Shown: piece after piece, positions 50,871 through 64,000 of the stretch
How positions within the stretch are numbered: the stretch's first letter is position 1
Layout: the number at the start of each line of letters is the position of its first letter
Source of the DNA: Lama glama
Taxonomy: Eukaryota
DNA length: 64,000 nt
NCBI GenBank assembly: GCA_028534125.1
Contig: CM052817.1
Coordinates: 90,584,001 to 90,648,000, forward strand
Direction: 5' to 3'
Position numbers and translations under genes: made by a program
The notes under the pieces: model-generated
Told to the model about the DNA's origin: nothing
What the model saw: only the letters and a program-made list of their open reading frames with translations
The model's database searches: none

Positions 50871-53800
50871 GAGAAAACACTGAATATATTCCCCAATTTG
50901 GTGTAAGCATGGATTTCTCAATAGGGACAAAGTACTAACCATAAAAGATACATTGGAATACATTAAAATTAACCATTCAATTTACCAAAATACATGATCA
51001 AGGGATTGTAAAATTGAATCATAAAATGGGAGAAGGTATTTACACCTGGCAAAGATCTCATATCCAGAATAAATAATAAATACCTGTAAATCAATAGAAA
51101 AGAAACAGATAACCAAGCAGAAAATGAAATGGGCCAGAAATTTGAAAAGACACTTGAGAAAATGGCCAATACATTGATGAAAAACTGCTCAACAGTATTA
51201 GTCATTAGGGCAATTAAAACTAAAACCACAAGGGAATATTAATTCCTGCCTTCACAGTAGCTCACTTGAGAAAGGCTGTCAGTACCAGGAGTGGTAAAAA
51301 CGTGGAGCAACTAGAATTCTTATATTCTGCTGCTGGTAGTCTAAATTGTTGCATCCATTATGCAAAGTTGTTTGGTAGTATCTACTGAAATTAAATATAC
51401 ACATACCCTTTGACCAATAAACCCCACTCCTACAAATATGCCCTATTAAAATACAGGACATTTATGTACTAAGACACAGTTGAGAATATTTGCAGTAGCT
51501 TTACTTATAAAAGTCAGTACTGAAAATAACGCAAATTTACATAAACAGTAGAATGAATAGATGCATCATTATATTTATTCTGTGAAATATGACAAGACAA
51601 TAAAATAGAATGAACAATAGGCTATGTGCAGCAATATGGATGACTCTCACATGTCAGAAGGCAGATTTTAAAAAAATACATACTGCATAATTCAATCTAT
51701 ATAAAGCTTAAAAACAACTCTATGGTGTGAGAACTCTGATAGTATCTTTGAGGTATGTGGATACTTGTGATTGAAGGGGTTAGAAAGGCAGTTCTGGGGT
51801 CCTGGTAATGTACTATTTTACAACCTGGGTACAATTACTTGTGTCTTTTCACTTTGTGATAATTCACTGAACTGTACACTTATATTTTTGTACTTTTCTA
51901 TATTCGGGTGGAAGTTCAATTTTTTAAAAATAAGCATTTTAGTTGAAAGTGTATGGTATCCTCTCAAAAACAGATGAAGCAGACAAATAAGCAACACTAT
52001 AGAAAATCTGAAGAGTATGATTAATAAATTTAGGATAGTTCTATTGAGAACTTCCTATCCACCAAACAGAAAATATAGATGATTTTAAAGCATATATAAA
52101 GCATTAACAAAAATGCCATGTCTAAAATACAAGGGAAACCCTAATAAGTTTCAAAATTAACATGCTAGTGAAACACTCTTACCATAAAGCAGTAATCAAG
52201 TTAGAAATTAATAATGAAATTATAAAACTAAAAAACTAAATCTTTTATGTCTGGAAACTAAAAAACATCCTATCAATTTGTCTTTAGATCAAAGAAATGT
52301 GAGAAAAATATTCACAAAATACACGAAATAAAATTGAATAATAATTTAAAAATTATATCTTCCAATTTATAAGACTCAGTAAAAAAATAACTTAAAGGAA
52401 AATTATACGCTATAAGTTACATTAATCAGAAAATAAGAAATATGTAGAGCAAATAAGCTAAATAATCAACACATAATTTGGGGTAAAAAGACTGTTCAAA
52501 GAAGAAAAAAAATCAGGAGTAAGGAAAGTCAGAGTAAAAAGACAAGAGAAAGTATTTTTAACAGCAAATTCTAATTATTTGCAAAGATAACTAACATATA
52601 TAAAACAAGACAAAAATGAACAAGAAACAGTCAGAAAATTAACTAAACAAAACAGAGAAAATACCTTAATGAGTTGGAGAAAGTTTTTAAATAATAAAGA
52701 AATATAATGAACAACTATGTGCCAGTAATATGAAAACCTACTGTAAGTGGACATCTTTCTGGAAAACAAATAGATACTTAAACTGTATTAGAACAGAAAA
52801 AAATCAGCAAATAGAAAAACTGAAAAAATTTGAATAACCATTTAAGGTAGTAATCAAGGATATTTTTGGCTCAAAAAAACAAAACAAAGCAAAAGTAAGC
52901 TTTATTTGTTTTATAGATAAGGCCTACCAATTTTTAATGAAATGATCTTTTTCTTAGAGAAGTTATTTATTAGAATGAAAAAAGAAGAAAAACTATCCAA
53001 CTCATTCTTTTGAGTCTAGTGTAGGAGTTAGCAAGCTTTTTCTATAAAAGGCCAGAAAGTAAATATTCTAAGATTTAAGGCCACACATAACCCATTCCCA
53101 AGGTGCTTCATGTGTCTGTGCATGTATTTGTTTTTTTTTTATAACACTTCAAAAATGTAAAACTTATTCTTCACTCTTGTGTAGTTTGCCTACCTTTGGT
53201 CTAGTTATATCTTGACTGCAAACAGGATAAGGCCATACAAAGTCACTGCAATGGCTATGACAGATGATTTTGTACATGATGTTTTATTAAAGCACAGACA
53301 TGCTCACTTATTTTTATACTGTCTGGCTGCTTTCACATTGTAAGAGAAGTGAGTGGTTGTAACTGATTGGCCCAAAAAGTGGAAAATGTTTACCATCTGG
53401 CTCTTCGTAGAAAGTTTGCTGAGAGAACATGCAGAACTGCCACGCCACTTCTTCTTTGATTTTCTCTTTTACTAGTAATCTTCTTGCACATTTAGAGCTT
53501 AACATTATTCCTATAAGACAGACATGCTCCAGCCTTAGGGCATTTGCAATTGCTATCCCCTCTACCTGAAATTCTATTCGCTTAATAGCTACATGTTTCA
53601 TCCTCTTACCTCCTGTGCTAACTTTTATCACAATTCATCATTGTATTTCAGTTAGTTTTATTAATTTTCTCTATCCTTCATGAGATTATGAGCTCCCAGA
53701 TCTTGGATTGAATTTTATTTCTGCATCTCGAAATGCGTAGCCTGTTATCTGTTACAGAGTAGTAAGTACTGGATATATATCTGATAATTATTAACTCCCA

Positions 53801-54804
53801 GAAACATAACTATTATTATTATATACCTCCATTGAGAAAGTGAAATGGGGTGGATTAAGGGGAAAGAGGAATATCCAAATAATCATCTCTTATAGTAGAA
53901 AGTTAATATATAACATATAAAATGATAACTGTAAAATAACATGATAGGCATACTATTAAAAGATATGGACTCAAAGAAGAGGAGAAAAATCAGGTTCGAG
54001 GGGAATGTATTGTGTCTGGGGAGTAAGAAAAAGAAGGGAAGGATAGAAAGGGATACTTAAAAACAAGGATACCTGTTCATGTTATAAGCCTTATAGAATA
54101 ACTTGAATTTTCAAACTATGCTCTCATCTTTGATAAATATAAAACAAAAAACTTTAACAATGTATAGTTAAATTTAGACATAATAATGTAAAAAACAGCA
54201 AGCAATTAAGATTTTTAAGGCCTTTAGATTATGTAAAGTCATGTATTCATGTGAATAATTTAAGAGTAATTATAAAAAGAGAAGAAAGGAAGTCAGGAAC
54301 AAATGAGGAAAGAAAGAAAAATAAAGAGAAAAGGAAAAAAAAGAAACAATCTAGGACTCCCAAATCAGAAGAAAGGGAAAAGAAAATAGGAAAACCTCAA
54401 TTACTCCAAACTACAATCAGGAAAGAGGGGAAAAGGGCAAAGTTAAGGGAAGTTAAGCAAAAATGCAGAAAATCAAATTATAAAAATATACCCAAATATA
54501 TGAAAAATATCAATAAATTTAAATGAATTAAAATCACCAGTTAGACAAAAATTTTGAATTATAAAAAAATTAACATTCAATTAGGTTCTATTAACAAAGA
54601 GCACATGAAGTTAAAATAAGACAAAAAATTATGAATGAAGAGTGATTGTGCAGACAAAACATCTTTGTACACCTAAAATACAGACATAAAATACATGAAG
54701 CAAATATCATGAATTACAAGGAAAATGTGATACACAATTGTTGTTGGAAATATCAACACTCTTATTCTACTATTTGTTGAATCAGTAAGAAAAATTTTAT
54801 CAAT

Positions 54805-55105
54805 TGTAGCCAATTATTGATATTCAAGTTTCTTCATATCACTATTACTGTTTCTGTGTATTCATTTCCTGGCTTGTAATTTTGCTTTATAAAGGCATAC
54901 CTGTGATTCTCCCTTGGAAGGCTGTCCTTGGACTAATGGAGTCACACATTTCCCATAGGTCCACAGAATGTGAAATCCTTTAAGAGATGTCAACCAATGA
55001 CCCACTGATCTGATTATGTAAAAGTTCAATGGCCTTGCCTTGAGTTGAGAAAAACGCTAAGGTATAATTTATCCTCAAGAGTTCTTCCTGCAGAATCAGT
55101 CTAGA
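54805..55105 (+). mobile_element. LTR16-like ERVL LTR fragment
   Basis: CCTTGCCTTGAGTTGAGAAAAACGCTAAGGTATAATTTATCCTCAAGAG resembles the recalled LTR16 consensus. Confidence 0.5.
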
Positions 55106-58100
55106 ACTTTACCAAAAAGTTTTTAACGTCAAGAATAAGACAAAGAAATTTACTGTCACTATTATTCAACGTTATGTATGAGATACTAGCCACTGCAATT
55201 AGACAAGAAAAAGAACTTAACTATTTAAAAATGAAAAAGAGGAGGCAAAAATTCACACTATTTTATGATCAGTTGACTGGAAAAAACAAAACACTCAATA
55301 ACTATAAAAAATTCCAATTATAAATCAAATAATTTGTGAGGTGATTAATAAAAACAAATAAATATAGAAAATCAGTGGTATATATACAAACATGTTAAAT
55401 AATAAAATCAGTTATGCTATTTATAATAACTAATAAATTTAAAATCAAAGAATGAACAAAAAATTTGTAAAACTTATATTTTAAAAAATCAGCTTAACCA
55501 AATGGAAAGGTATGTTATATTCTTAGATAGGAAGACTAATAGCATTAAGCTGTCAATTTTTAAAGTTAATTTGTAAATAGAACATGATCCAAATGAAGTA
55601 GGAAAGTGATTCTGCAGTTATACAAGAATATTCGTTTTTTAATTCTGAAAAATAAGAGCACCAAGGGGATACCAGGTTATCAAAATATACTATAATTCTT
55701 CAGTAGTTAAAATTATGTGGCATCAGTACATTAAAAACAGAGTAATATAAGAGAATACAAAGCCCAGAAACTGACCCAAATACATTAAGGACTTTATCAG
55801 ATGATAAAAGTGTCATCTCAAACTGCTGAGGGAAATATGGACTATTCAATAATAATATGTGGAAAGCTGGATAACCATTTATAAAAACATAAGTTGAATC
55901 AGTTCTACACACTGTAATATAGGAACAAAATCCTAGTAGATCAAAGATCTAAATATAAAAATGAAATTATAGAAGTCCTATAACAAAACTTGGTAGAATT
56001 CCTTTAAAATATAAGAGTCCAGAAAGTTTATTTACCTGGCACAAGCTCCAGAAGTCATAAAACATAATTATATTAAGAGACTACAAATTTTAAAATCCAT
56101 GTAGCAAAAAAATAAATAAATAAACTTAAAAATAAAATGGAAATTATATATTCAATATCACAACCAATGATCTAGTCTTTTTAAATTTAACAGTTTTAGA
56201 CAAGAAAAAAGACAATCCAACAGGAAAGAACAAAAGATATTAATAAATTCTCTACAGAAAAGGAAATGCTAATCACTTTTATAAATATGAAAACATACTC
56301 GAACTAGTGATATTTAGAGAAATAAAATTCCATAAATTAAAGATATGCTCAAAAATAAAAAGAGCTGGTCAAAAGAGATACTTTCTTGAAGTAGCTTCTA
56401 TTGTCCAAATTTAGGATAATTTGAGCATGAGAAAAGATAATTACAACAGATAACATACTTTTAAATGGTGAGCACAGTTCACTTAGGAGAGAGAGAAGGA
56501 AACAAAAAAAAAGGCAAATTCTTTTAAAAACCATAGCTAATATATGTAAAAGGAGGGAAAGAATTAGAAAATAATTTTGCAATTCAATGCAACAACTGAT
56601 TCAGACAAAATCATTGAGTATCAAAACCACTGGGTTTAAACTTTGTTAAGTTAAAAGAGAATATTCACATAATCTTGAATTACCTCTCCATTTAAAGAGG
56701 AAAGCGTACCTTTACAACATGGAAATCTGATTTTCATTACCTTAATTAAGTGATCAAAGTAAACATACTCAATAATGCCTATTGATGGAATCAATATTGA
56801 TAACTAAGTATCATCTATGTAGAATTCTTGCTCAAATGTTTAACCTAAATCTAGTGATGAGGAAATAATCAGAAAAATTCCTAATAGGAAAAAATCTATG
56901 TAACAACTAAATTAAAAAAAAATTTAATGTAATAAAAACAAGGGAGGATGAGGACTATTCTATGTGAGAAGAATCTAAAAGAATGCCGTTTATGAAACTT
57001 GATTGGACTTCAGATTTTTAAAAGAAAATATAAAAGATAAATTAGGGAGTATTGAGGAAATTTGAATATAAATTGTTTTTTAGATGACATATGAAACTTC
57101 CATTAATTTTCTTAGGTATAATTATAAATTGTGATTGCATAGGAAATTATCATTTTTCAGAAATAGGTGTGAAATACATATGTCATGGTGTATGCAATTT
57201 ATCTCCAAATGGTTCAGTAAAAATATGTGTAAATAGAAATAAGTCAAATGTAGTAAAATCTTAACATTGCATCATAGTCTGTAATAGGAAAACTTTCAAA
57301 ACAACATCAATGCCCATCAAAACTGAAATGGTTAAATAGTTATCTAAATATGCACTACAAAACGAAGCAGCTATCTTTTTTTAAAAAAAAAACTTCAAAT
57401 ATTTTAATGTTAAGGTAGATAGATTTCTAAACATTACATATGATACGATATATAAAATATAAAATACATAAGGGTTAATAATTGTATGAGTGTTTATAAA
57501 TATGACTGCATAAAATCTCTGCATAGAAACTAAGCAGGTGTCAAAGCAGAAGAGAACTTCTTAGTACATACTTTTTAAAATGCTATTTTCTATTTAACTG
57601 CTGTGAATGAGTACCTATTTTAACAACAACCACCACAAAAAATGTAACAAAGAACAATGGAGAAAGTTCCAAAAAATGTAGAGAAAAAGAGGATAACAAG
57701 GTAACAATAGAAATTGAGACACATAGAATAAGAAACAACAAAAGCAGCATATGGTCCTATGAAAAGCTAACAAACTAAACATACTGTTGACAAGATGGAT
57801 GGAGGTAAAAAGAGACAAGGTAGATGTAAATCTTTGTAAAAGAAAAATAGGGGTCATATCTACCAACAATATACAGGTTTAGAAACTCTTTGATAAAGAA
57901 ATATAAATTCAAGACAATTTATTTTAAAAATTGGACTAAATAAACAATTTTCTAAAAAAATCTTTTATTACCAAAATGATTCAAGGGTAAACAGAAATTT
58001 TAAATTCCTGAATAGTTAGAAATTAATCAGCAGTTTAAAAATAATTTATAACAAATGGACAAGAAGCATATAGGTAGTTTTATAGGAAAGATCCATAAAC

Positions 58101-60926
58101 ATTCAAAGAACACAAAATTCCCATCTTAAGCAAACTGTTACCCAAAGTAGTGAAAGAGAAAAAACTCCTAACTCTTAATAATTATAGTCCCAATGTATTT
58201 AATATACTCTTAATGCATTTAATAATTCACAATGATCACCAGGCTATCTCAGTAATATAAAGTTATTTTCACAATAGAAAACTCAGTGTAATCTTGAATT
58301 ATGTAATTAATGGATGATAAAATTATAAATTTCATATACTCTCTCTATATATTATTTTTATATAGGTATACAGAGTAAAATGTACAATATATATTCTTTT
58401 CAACATTTTATTAGAATTTCTAACAAAACAAAGCAGAAGGAAGAGAAATCTAAAGCATAAGAATTATTTTTAAAAAATCTTTGTTATTCACAGATTACAT
58501 AATTATCTACATAAAAAATTCAAAAGAACCTACCAAAAATATATTAAAAATAGTAAGAATGTTCAGTAGGGTTGCTGGATATAAGATCATTATACCAAAA
58601 AATACATTTCTAAATACATATAACACTTATAAAATATAAGCTTTTAAAAAGTATCATTAAAAATTATTATTAATTCTGATTTGCTAAATGATGAGTCTGT
58701 GGCAAAGGATAAGTAAGCTGATATGTGAAAATACATAGAATACTTTCTGACATCTAGAAAAGAATCAATCAATAAACGTGAAATGTCACGTTACTCTTTC
58801 TAAAAAAATTGTCATTAATAATTGAAAAAGTGGCAGAATACTTAAAAATAAGCTGAAAGTTTAGAGAAAGGTTTAGTCTTTATTGAATGACTTATGAAAA
58901 GATTTATAATGTAGATACATGCCTTTTCTTGCATGATAAAACTCAGTATCTTAAAGATGGCAGCTTTCACTAACAAACTGATACATCAAACTAAAATCAA
59001 AGCTTACTATTCTATAAAACTACACAAGCTCATCCTCAGATTTATGTTATGGTGAAAATCCAAAAGTATTCAAGACAAATTAGGAAAACACTAGTAAGAA
59101 GAAGATTCAACCAACTGGAAATCATGATTTCTTATAAAAATGTAGTAATTAAATAAGTGTGATATTGGTATAGAAACAAATAAACAGACCAATGGAATAG
59201 AAGAGAGAGCTTATAAAAAGACTTAATAATATATACAGCTATTGGTATATGACAGGTAGCATTACAGAACAGTGGAGACAGAGTGGTCTGTTTAACATAT
59301 GGTGTAGCAATAGCTAGCCATTGATAAAAAAGATGGAATTAGACCCCTATCTCATACCATAGACACACACAAAAATATTTCAGACAGATAAAGACCTAAA
59401 TAATGAAAGCAAATTTTAAAAGATATTTTATAAGAATGTATAGGAGTAAATTTTATACCATCAGAAAATACAAGATTTCTTAAACAAGAGTTATCTACAT
59501 AGCTTCCTTCCTCATCTAGTAAATCCTCTGCTCTAATTTCACCTAATCATAAAAACCTTCTTTGACTACCAGCTATAAAATACTAGCCCTCATACTTAAT
59601 GCTTGACATTCCTTGTAATTATCCTGTTTTATTTTTCATCATAGCAATTTGTTTTTCATCACTGCTGAGATGGGAGTAGAGATTTTATCTATTGTCTTCA
59701 CTCCTCTCTCCCCAGGACCTAGTATTTAGCAAATAGTATTCCCTGGATAACATATACAGAATTATAAAAATACAGAAAAAAATCCATTTTAAGTATTTAT
59801 AAATTTATCATATTAAGTTGACATTTTTCTGTATATTAAAAATCACCTTAAACATAGAAATAGGCAATATCTGAAAGACAGTATTTATATTTCCAGTAAA
59901 AGACAAAGTTGAGAATATACAAATAAATATGCAAATCTATAAGGAAAGATAAACAATCCAAGTAAGAAAAGGATTTAATCAAACTATTCCAGAAAAGAAA
60001 ACCCATCTGGCAGAAAACATAAAAATGTGTACCTCATTAGATACACAATCACTTTACTGACAAATGGCAGGAATAAATTTGACTGGAAGACTAGGGCCAC
60101 TTAGGAAAATCAAATGAGGTTTATGTGCCTAAAGCACAGAGAAGGAAGCAAGAACATTCAAAATATACCCTGGAGATCTCAGCTACATTCTTCAGCACAG
60201 TCTGAGGTTCAAGTTCACCAGTTGCAGACCATAACATCTGAATGAGATGAATGAGGTCCCCCTGGGTTTCCATAAGCATGACATCTACTTTCCAGATCTA
60301 GCCTGACATCATAATCCTGGAGTAATTCTATGGGTCAACTAATCTGAATAACTGCCAGGACCACCTCATCTGGGCCAGCTTTATCTCATCAGTCTCAGAA
60401 GTGTACAATCTACAATTTGATTACAACTTACCCTATATGAACAAATCTCACCCAGCCTCATCAGCCTCCCAGAGGTCAACATAGTCTCATCCAACCCAGA
60501 ATCAGAAGAAATAACACATACTTCTTAAATATACATGGAACAGTTTCCACAATTGACTACACACTAGGCTGTAATATAAATCTCACAGCTTTTCAGAGAA
60601 AAGACATCATACAGATTATGTTCTTTGACTATAACACAATTAAGCTAGAACCTGGAAATAATAAAATTAGAATCCCCATGAAAATATTATCAGTCAAAAG
60701 ATAAGTGGTAAGAAATTTAAAAATCCTTAGAAGATGAATGAAAATGAAAACACTATACCTAAATTTATGAAGAGTAGTTAAGACCTTACCGAGAGGGGAA
60801 AGCACAGCCTTAACTGCTCACATTAGAAGAGAAGAAAGACTGAAAATTAAAGAGTAAATGTCCAACATAAGATATCAGAAACAAACAATAATCCCAAAGA
60901 AAGTAAAGAAAAATAATTAAAACAAT

Positions 60927-61165
60927 GAGGGGAGGGATAAATTAGGAATTTGGGACTAGCAGATACAACTACTATATATAAAACACATCAACAAGAAGCT
61001 ACTGTATAGCACAGGGACCTATATTCAATGCCTTGTAACAACCTATAATGAGAGAGAATTTTAAAAAGAATAGAGTAGATATATATATGTATATGTATAA
61101 TTGAATCACTATGCTGTACACCAGAAACTAACATGACATTGTGAATCAACTATACTTCAATTAAA
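60927..61165 (+). mobile_element. Cetartiodactyl-type L1 3' end nested in older L1
   Basis: GGGAGGGATAAATTAGGAATTTGGG...TGTATAGCACAGGG...CTATACTTCAATTAAAA. Confidence 0.85.
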
Positions 61166-61313
61166 ACAAATAATGAAATAGAAGATGAAGATGAAATAGA
61201 GAAGTTGATCAACACTAAGCTGGATCTTTGAAAGGTGACAAAATAAAAGCAAGCCTCTGGTAATATAGATGGACAAAAAGAGACATGGATGAACAAGTAA
61301 TACTATGAATAAC

Positions 61314-61842
61314 TGTAATATGGAAGAACAAATCTGACCCCATGTTAGATCTGCTCCTTTAGCTCTAACCCTATGCTCTGTTTCCTGTGCTTAGTCATGC
61401 TGGTTCTGTACCTTTGGTAAAATAATGTTGCCTAGAGCCTGAAATACAGAGTATAGCACATATTCAAGGCTCTGACCTTTCAAGGTAAATAACACTTTTC
61501 TATTCATACAGAGATTAAAAAGTTGCAGAATAGAGAGTAACATATGCCTTTTTGGAGGTTTACGGGAACATCATCATGTGACCTACATGGACAGCTGCAA
61601 GAACAAAGGATTCCAAAACCAAGAAGTTTGCAACAACTAACCACATCCCCCCCTTCTCTTTTTTTAGTATAAAAGGAGCCTGAATTCTTACTTGGTTGGG
61701 GATGATGGTTCTCCAGGACATTAGTCCCCCATCTCAGTCTGCTGGCTTTCTGAATAAAGTCCTTATTCCTTATCCCAACACCTCATCTCCCAACTTATTG
61801 GTCTGTCATACATTGAGCAGAATGAGTCTGGACCTGGTAACA
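61314..61842 (+). mobile_element. Solo ERV1-type LTR inserted in old L1 sequence
   Basis: TGTAA...TAACA termini. TSD TAAC/TAAT. TATAAAA at 61668-61674 and AATAAA at 61753-61758. Confidence 0.85.
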
Positions 61843-64000
61843 TAATAAAGAAGACATAATACTAATGGTGGAGTTGAAATTAAGTCGATAATAACTGAGT
61901 ATGATCAGCAATTTTATTCAAATTTAATTGAAAAACCTAGGTGAAATGGAAAAAATTCTTAATAGAAAGCCTTAACCTAGCAAAACTGACCTGTGAAGAC
62001 ATAGAACATCTGAAAGGCAATATAACTATTAATGAAATTGAAGAGTTATAACATCTTAACAGAGTAACACAGATGGTTTTACAGGTGAACCTAACCAAAA
62101 CGTCCAAAGATTAGTACAGTTGGAAATTTGCTTACCCTACAACCCACCAATTTTCCTCACAGCAATTTAACTAAGAGAAAAGCTTACACATGTGCACTGT
62201 ATGAGGTCCACAAGAACTCCCAGAAACCAAAAAATTACAAACAACCCAAATTCCCTTCAACTGAGGAACCGTTAAATTGTGTTTTATTCACACAATGGAG
62301 TGTGAAAATGACACTGCATGCAATAACACAGATGAATCTTAACATAATGTTAAGTAAAATAAAACCTCAAAAGCCATTCAAAATGATACTCTTTTCATTA
62401 AGTTTAAAAACAAGCAAAAGCAAACACACCCACTAAATTCCTAAAAGCAAGGAAATGATGGGTTATGGGATGTAAAGGGAGGGGGTTTGAGAGTTCATGG
62501 GTGTCCATGACATTATTTATAAACAAATAGGTGAATAAAAACATGGCTATGCATGAACTAATAATGACTTTTGATCTTGAACCGAAGTATATAATGAATG
62601 TAATGCTTGAGATCCTAAAGGAAATAAAAAGAAGTAATTGTATCTTCTGGTCTCATAGTAACAAGTCTTAACCAGAGAGTTTACACAGGAAAATGAAAGA
62701 AAAATGAACATTTCACCCCTCTCAGGTTGACAAATATTTAAAATGGATAATATCCACATTTTGGTGAAGGTATGGAGAAAAAGAAACCTAAATAATGATC
62801 TGAGATATTAATGTATACAACTCTAGAGAGCAATTTAGAAATTTCCAGATAAGTTAGTTGCATTTGCCTTATGAGTTAAGAATTTCACTCCCAGAAATCT
62901 ACCTTGAAAAATTCCCATACAAGTGCTCGAAGGAAACAAGCACGACCTCTCACTGCAATAATGTTTATAATAACAAACACGTGGAAATGTTCTAACCATT
63001 CATCATAGGGGAATGGATAAACTGTGGTTTATTCCTATAAAATGTGATACAACTGGTAAAATGGATGAACTAAATTTGCATGTATTACCATTTCAAAAAC
63101 ATAAGCTTAAATGAAAAAAAGCAAGTTGCAGCAGGATGCACACAGTATGATACCATTTATGTAAAGTTTAAAAGTATACAGTAAATTTTACATAGTGTTT
63201 ATGAATTCTTTCCATATGCAGTAAAAGAACAGAAACACACATGGGGATATAAACAACTCCAGAAGAGAGGTTACCCTTGAGGAGGTAAGAGGGGAAAGGG
63301 TAACAGGAGTGAGGCTTTGCTGGGATCTTTAATGTTTTCTTTCCTTCAAATAAGAATGAGACGTTAAGCCCCAGGAAACACGGCACAATAGCATCTAAGT
63401 CCAAATTGTACACCCTGAGGTTACTGTATTATTTTCTAATTTTTCTGTAGGTTTGAATTATTTAATCAATACAATTTAATTGAATTATAAGATCAAGTAA
63501 TCTGACATGCCAAACTTTACCTAAAGTCGCAGTGAGAACCGTCACCTCCAGTAAGGATTCATAACACATACCAGTAAGGGAACCACTGGACTCTTTAGAA
63601 TGGTATGATGTGTCCAGTCTTGCTTGTAATTATTTTAGTTAACTAAGCCTAAATTGTGGCTTGAAAGAGATTTTGGGAAGATTACTTAGCCTTCTGCAAT
63701 ATAAATTTTTATTAGGCATTAGGGAATGCCTGAAAGTACTCCTTTGTAACAGATGATTGAGGTTATATTAAACCTAAACAAACTATAATAATTCATAAAT
63801 GAGTAATTTCAAAACACCCAGAGTAATTAAAATCTTCTCTCATACTGCAATTTTTTTGAAAATGTGTGAGCTCCAGAGAAAATATTCAGAAGCAGTGAAG
63901 GAAAATTATAAATATCAGTTATAAATATAGATAAAAATACATGTAATTGAAACATGATTCTTGGCGTATTTCCATTCAAAAAGTCAAGCTATCAAAGAAG

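Larger units (their letters stand above)
50870..63480 (+). mobile_element. Upstream field of fragmented ancient L1 elements with nested MER58, L2, LTR16-like, LTR and younger L1 insertions
   Basis: Strong A-rich strand bias. Recurrent degenerate ORF2/3'UTR motifs at ~50.9-51.9, 52.0-53.0, 55.1-56.3, 57.7-59.5, 60.5-62.1 and 62.7-63.5 kb. No intact ORF. Confidence 0.75.

Noticed and set aside
1..64000. A novel multi-gene system, tRNA/rRNA genes or an antisense lncRNA exon
   Set aside because: All recognisable coding signal belongs to SLC7A11. I recognised no structured RNA gene, and lncRNA exons cannot be called from sequence alone.

Overview
AT-rich mammalian genomic DNA containing the 5' part of SLC7A11 (xCT, the cystine/glutamate antiporter light chain) on the minus strand. 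It includes the promoter with the paired inverted ATF4 amino-acid-response elements, a ~290-nt 5'UTR with two short uORFs, and coding exons 1-6 (277+127+116+126+100+45 = 791 nt, all GT-AG, frame intact). I could not find exon 7 or later exons, so they should lie beyond coordinate 1. The rest is intron and upstream sequence rich in interspersed repeats: L1 3' ends, ERV LTRs, MIR/L2, and MER DNA transposons. The L1 3' ends look cetartiodactyl, and I recognised no pig PRE, ruminant Bov-A/tA or whale CHR SINEs, which suggests a camelid (inference). I see no new multi-gene system. The most notable items are: (1) a young, CpG-rich betaretrovirus-like LTR with a perfect 6-bp TSD spanning an assembly gap in intron 1, possibly a hidden provirus; (2) two L1s stacked at one endonuclease site; (3) a chimeric L1 bounded by a perfect 15-bp TSD; (4) a sense-oriented LTR just upstream of exon 4 lacking a canonical poly(A) signal; (5) the 5'UTR uORFs. 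Repeat family names come from recalled consensus motifs, and ancient repeat boundaries are approximate.
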